Assembly (NCBI RefSeq): GCF_018977255.1
Contig: NW_024704743.1
Coordinates: 115,384,001-115,448,000, forward strand
Reading direction: 5' to 3'
DNA: 64,000 nucleotides
Source of the DNA: Callorhinchus milii
Lineage: Eukaryota
Part shown: in pieces, positions 62,701 through 64,000 of the stretch
How positions within the stretch are numbered: position 1 is the first letter of the stretch
Layout: each line of letters opens with the position of its first letter
Program-made: the position numbers and the translations under genes
Notes under the pieces: model-generated
Told to the model about the DNA's origin: nothing
Seen by the model: only the letters and a program-made list of their open reading frames with translations
The model's database searches: none

Positions 62701-64000
62701 TTGAAAAGTTGCCCCATTTGAGATATGGTAATGTTCCATTAAAAATTCTTTCCATCCTATCAAGATAGTGACTGATGGTATGGGTTAATAATAAATAGCA
62801 ATACTTTATAGGGAACTGCAGAAAATAAGCTGATGCTTACAGAAATAATTGAACGAATTATTGAGAAATAAATTTAAAAAATTAGTTCAAAACATAAATT
62901 ACTTTCTGAAAAGCAAAACAAAAATGACGAGAGATTTGTTGCTCTGAGGGAATATGTTCTACTTGTGTAATTTTACCACAATGCTGGAACATGTTTTGAT
63001 CTGCCTTTCAGTCGAATGGTATCAACAAGAAAGGATTTGTATATTCTAAATAAGGGGGACGGATTCCAGTTTAGTTACACATAAGCTGATTCGTATCATA
63101 CCTTGAGATATGGAGCTATGGGGATTTTTGAGTTGTGCAGCCGGAGGTATGTGAGATTTATAAGCAGATGCATTAGAGTACTGCTGAAGCTTCAGTTTGA
63201 AAAGTATGCAGTGAATGTTCTGAACAACTTCATTGCATATTAAAGCAATGTAACTTGGGGAATGGCTTTTATTGAGCAACATTGTGCTGTACTGCTTAAG
63301 AAAAGGGGCTATAGAAGGGTTCAATATCTAAACGTGTGGCTGCTTGTCTCCTCTGCAAAAAATGTTTCATAAATAAAACCAATCAAAATGCCTTATGGAG
63401 AAAACCTTTTTAACCAAAAAATGTAAGTAGGATCATTCATAGACTATTTTCCATTTTTTGTTTTCTCTCAATATACAGTAATTTCTACCTGGAATTAAAA
63501 TAATGGATTCTTGGTTTGTTTAAAAGGAAGTTACAGGGAGGTAAAGAAAATCTGAGGGATTCAGATACATTTCTATTCCACAAACGTTGATGTCATACAA
63601 ACCCTGAAACTGTTGTTGGCTTGAACTCCAGTCCGAATACATTAGGTTTGTTTTCAACATTGAATATTATTGAATTTGATGTTCTTGTTGGGGGATGTGG
63701 ACAGAACCATCACTTCCTATTTGCTGCCCCCATTTGTTCCAAACTTGTTTGGTATTACAAGTGACCTCATTGAAAACAATTAGAGTTTCATACTTAAAGC
63801 AAATAAATTAAACTCACTGTAGATAAATATCACATTTTCCTTTTTTGAAAATGTGTTGCACAGCAAGTTGTTGCATGATCTAACTTTTGTCAAAATATGC
63901 AAATGAATTAATCAAGAATTTATGACTGAAAATAAAACTTTGCTTTGATCTTCTGAGTATATGACACGTGCAGAAATCCATCACCATGTATTGATTATTC

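Overview
Vertebrate nuclear DNA. The repeat content suggests a cartilaginous fish, possibly a chimaera or elephant-shark relative (inference). The left ~28 kb holds the 5' half of a spliced DENND3 gene on the minus strand. I reconstructed 12 coding exons by hand (15110 down to 81, 1720 nt, all GT-AG and phase-consistent); the gene continues beyond position 1. It has a probable non-coding first exon and a CpG-island promoter at ~27.0-27.96 kb. A second CpG island at ~50.8-52.0 kb has a plus-strand first exon (donor at 51769) for a divergent gene with no coding exon recognised in the window; vertebrate synteny would suggest PTK2/FAK. The rest is intron or intergenic DNA packed with retroposons: L2 and CR1 LINE fragments, about 20 copies of a tRNA(Ala)-derived SINE in two subfamilies that carries an L2-type 3' stem-loop, old Deu-type SINEs, Penelope-like repeat fragments with hammerhead-ribozyme core motifs, and a hAT-like MITE. 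Almost all long ORFs in the supplied track are transposon-derived or low-complexity. I found no evidence for a wholly novel system. The most notable items are the hammerhead-like relics, the SINE/L2 tail partnership, a four-fold nested L2 with readable target-site duplications (TSDs), a 5'-intact L2 end with promoter motifs, and a near-perfect 23-bp hairpin.
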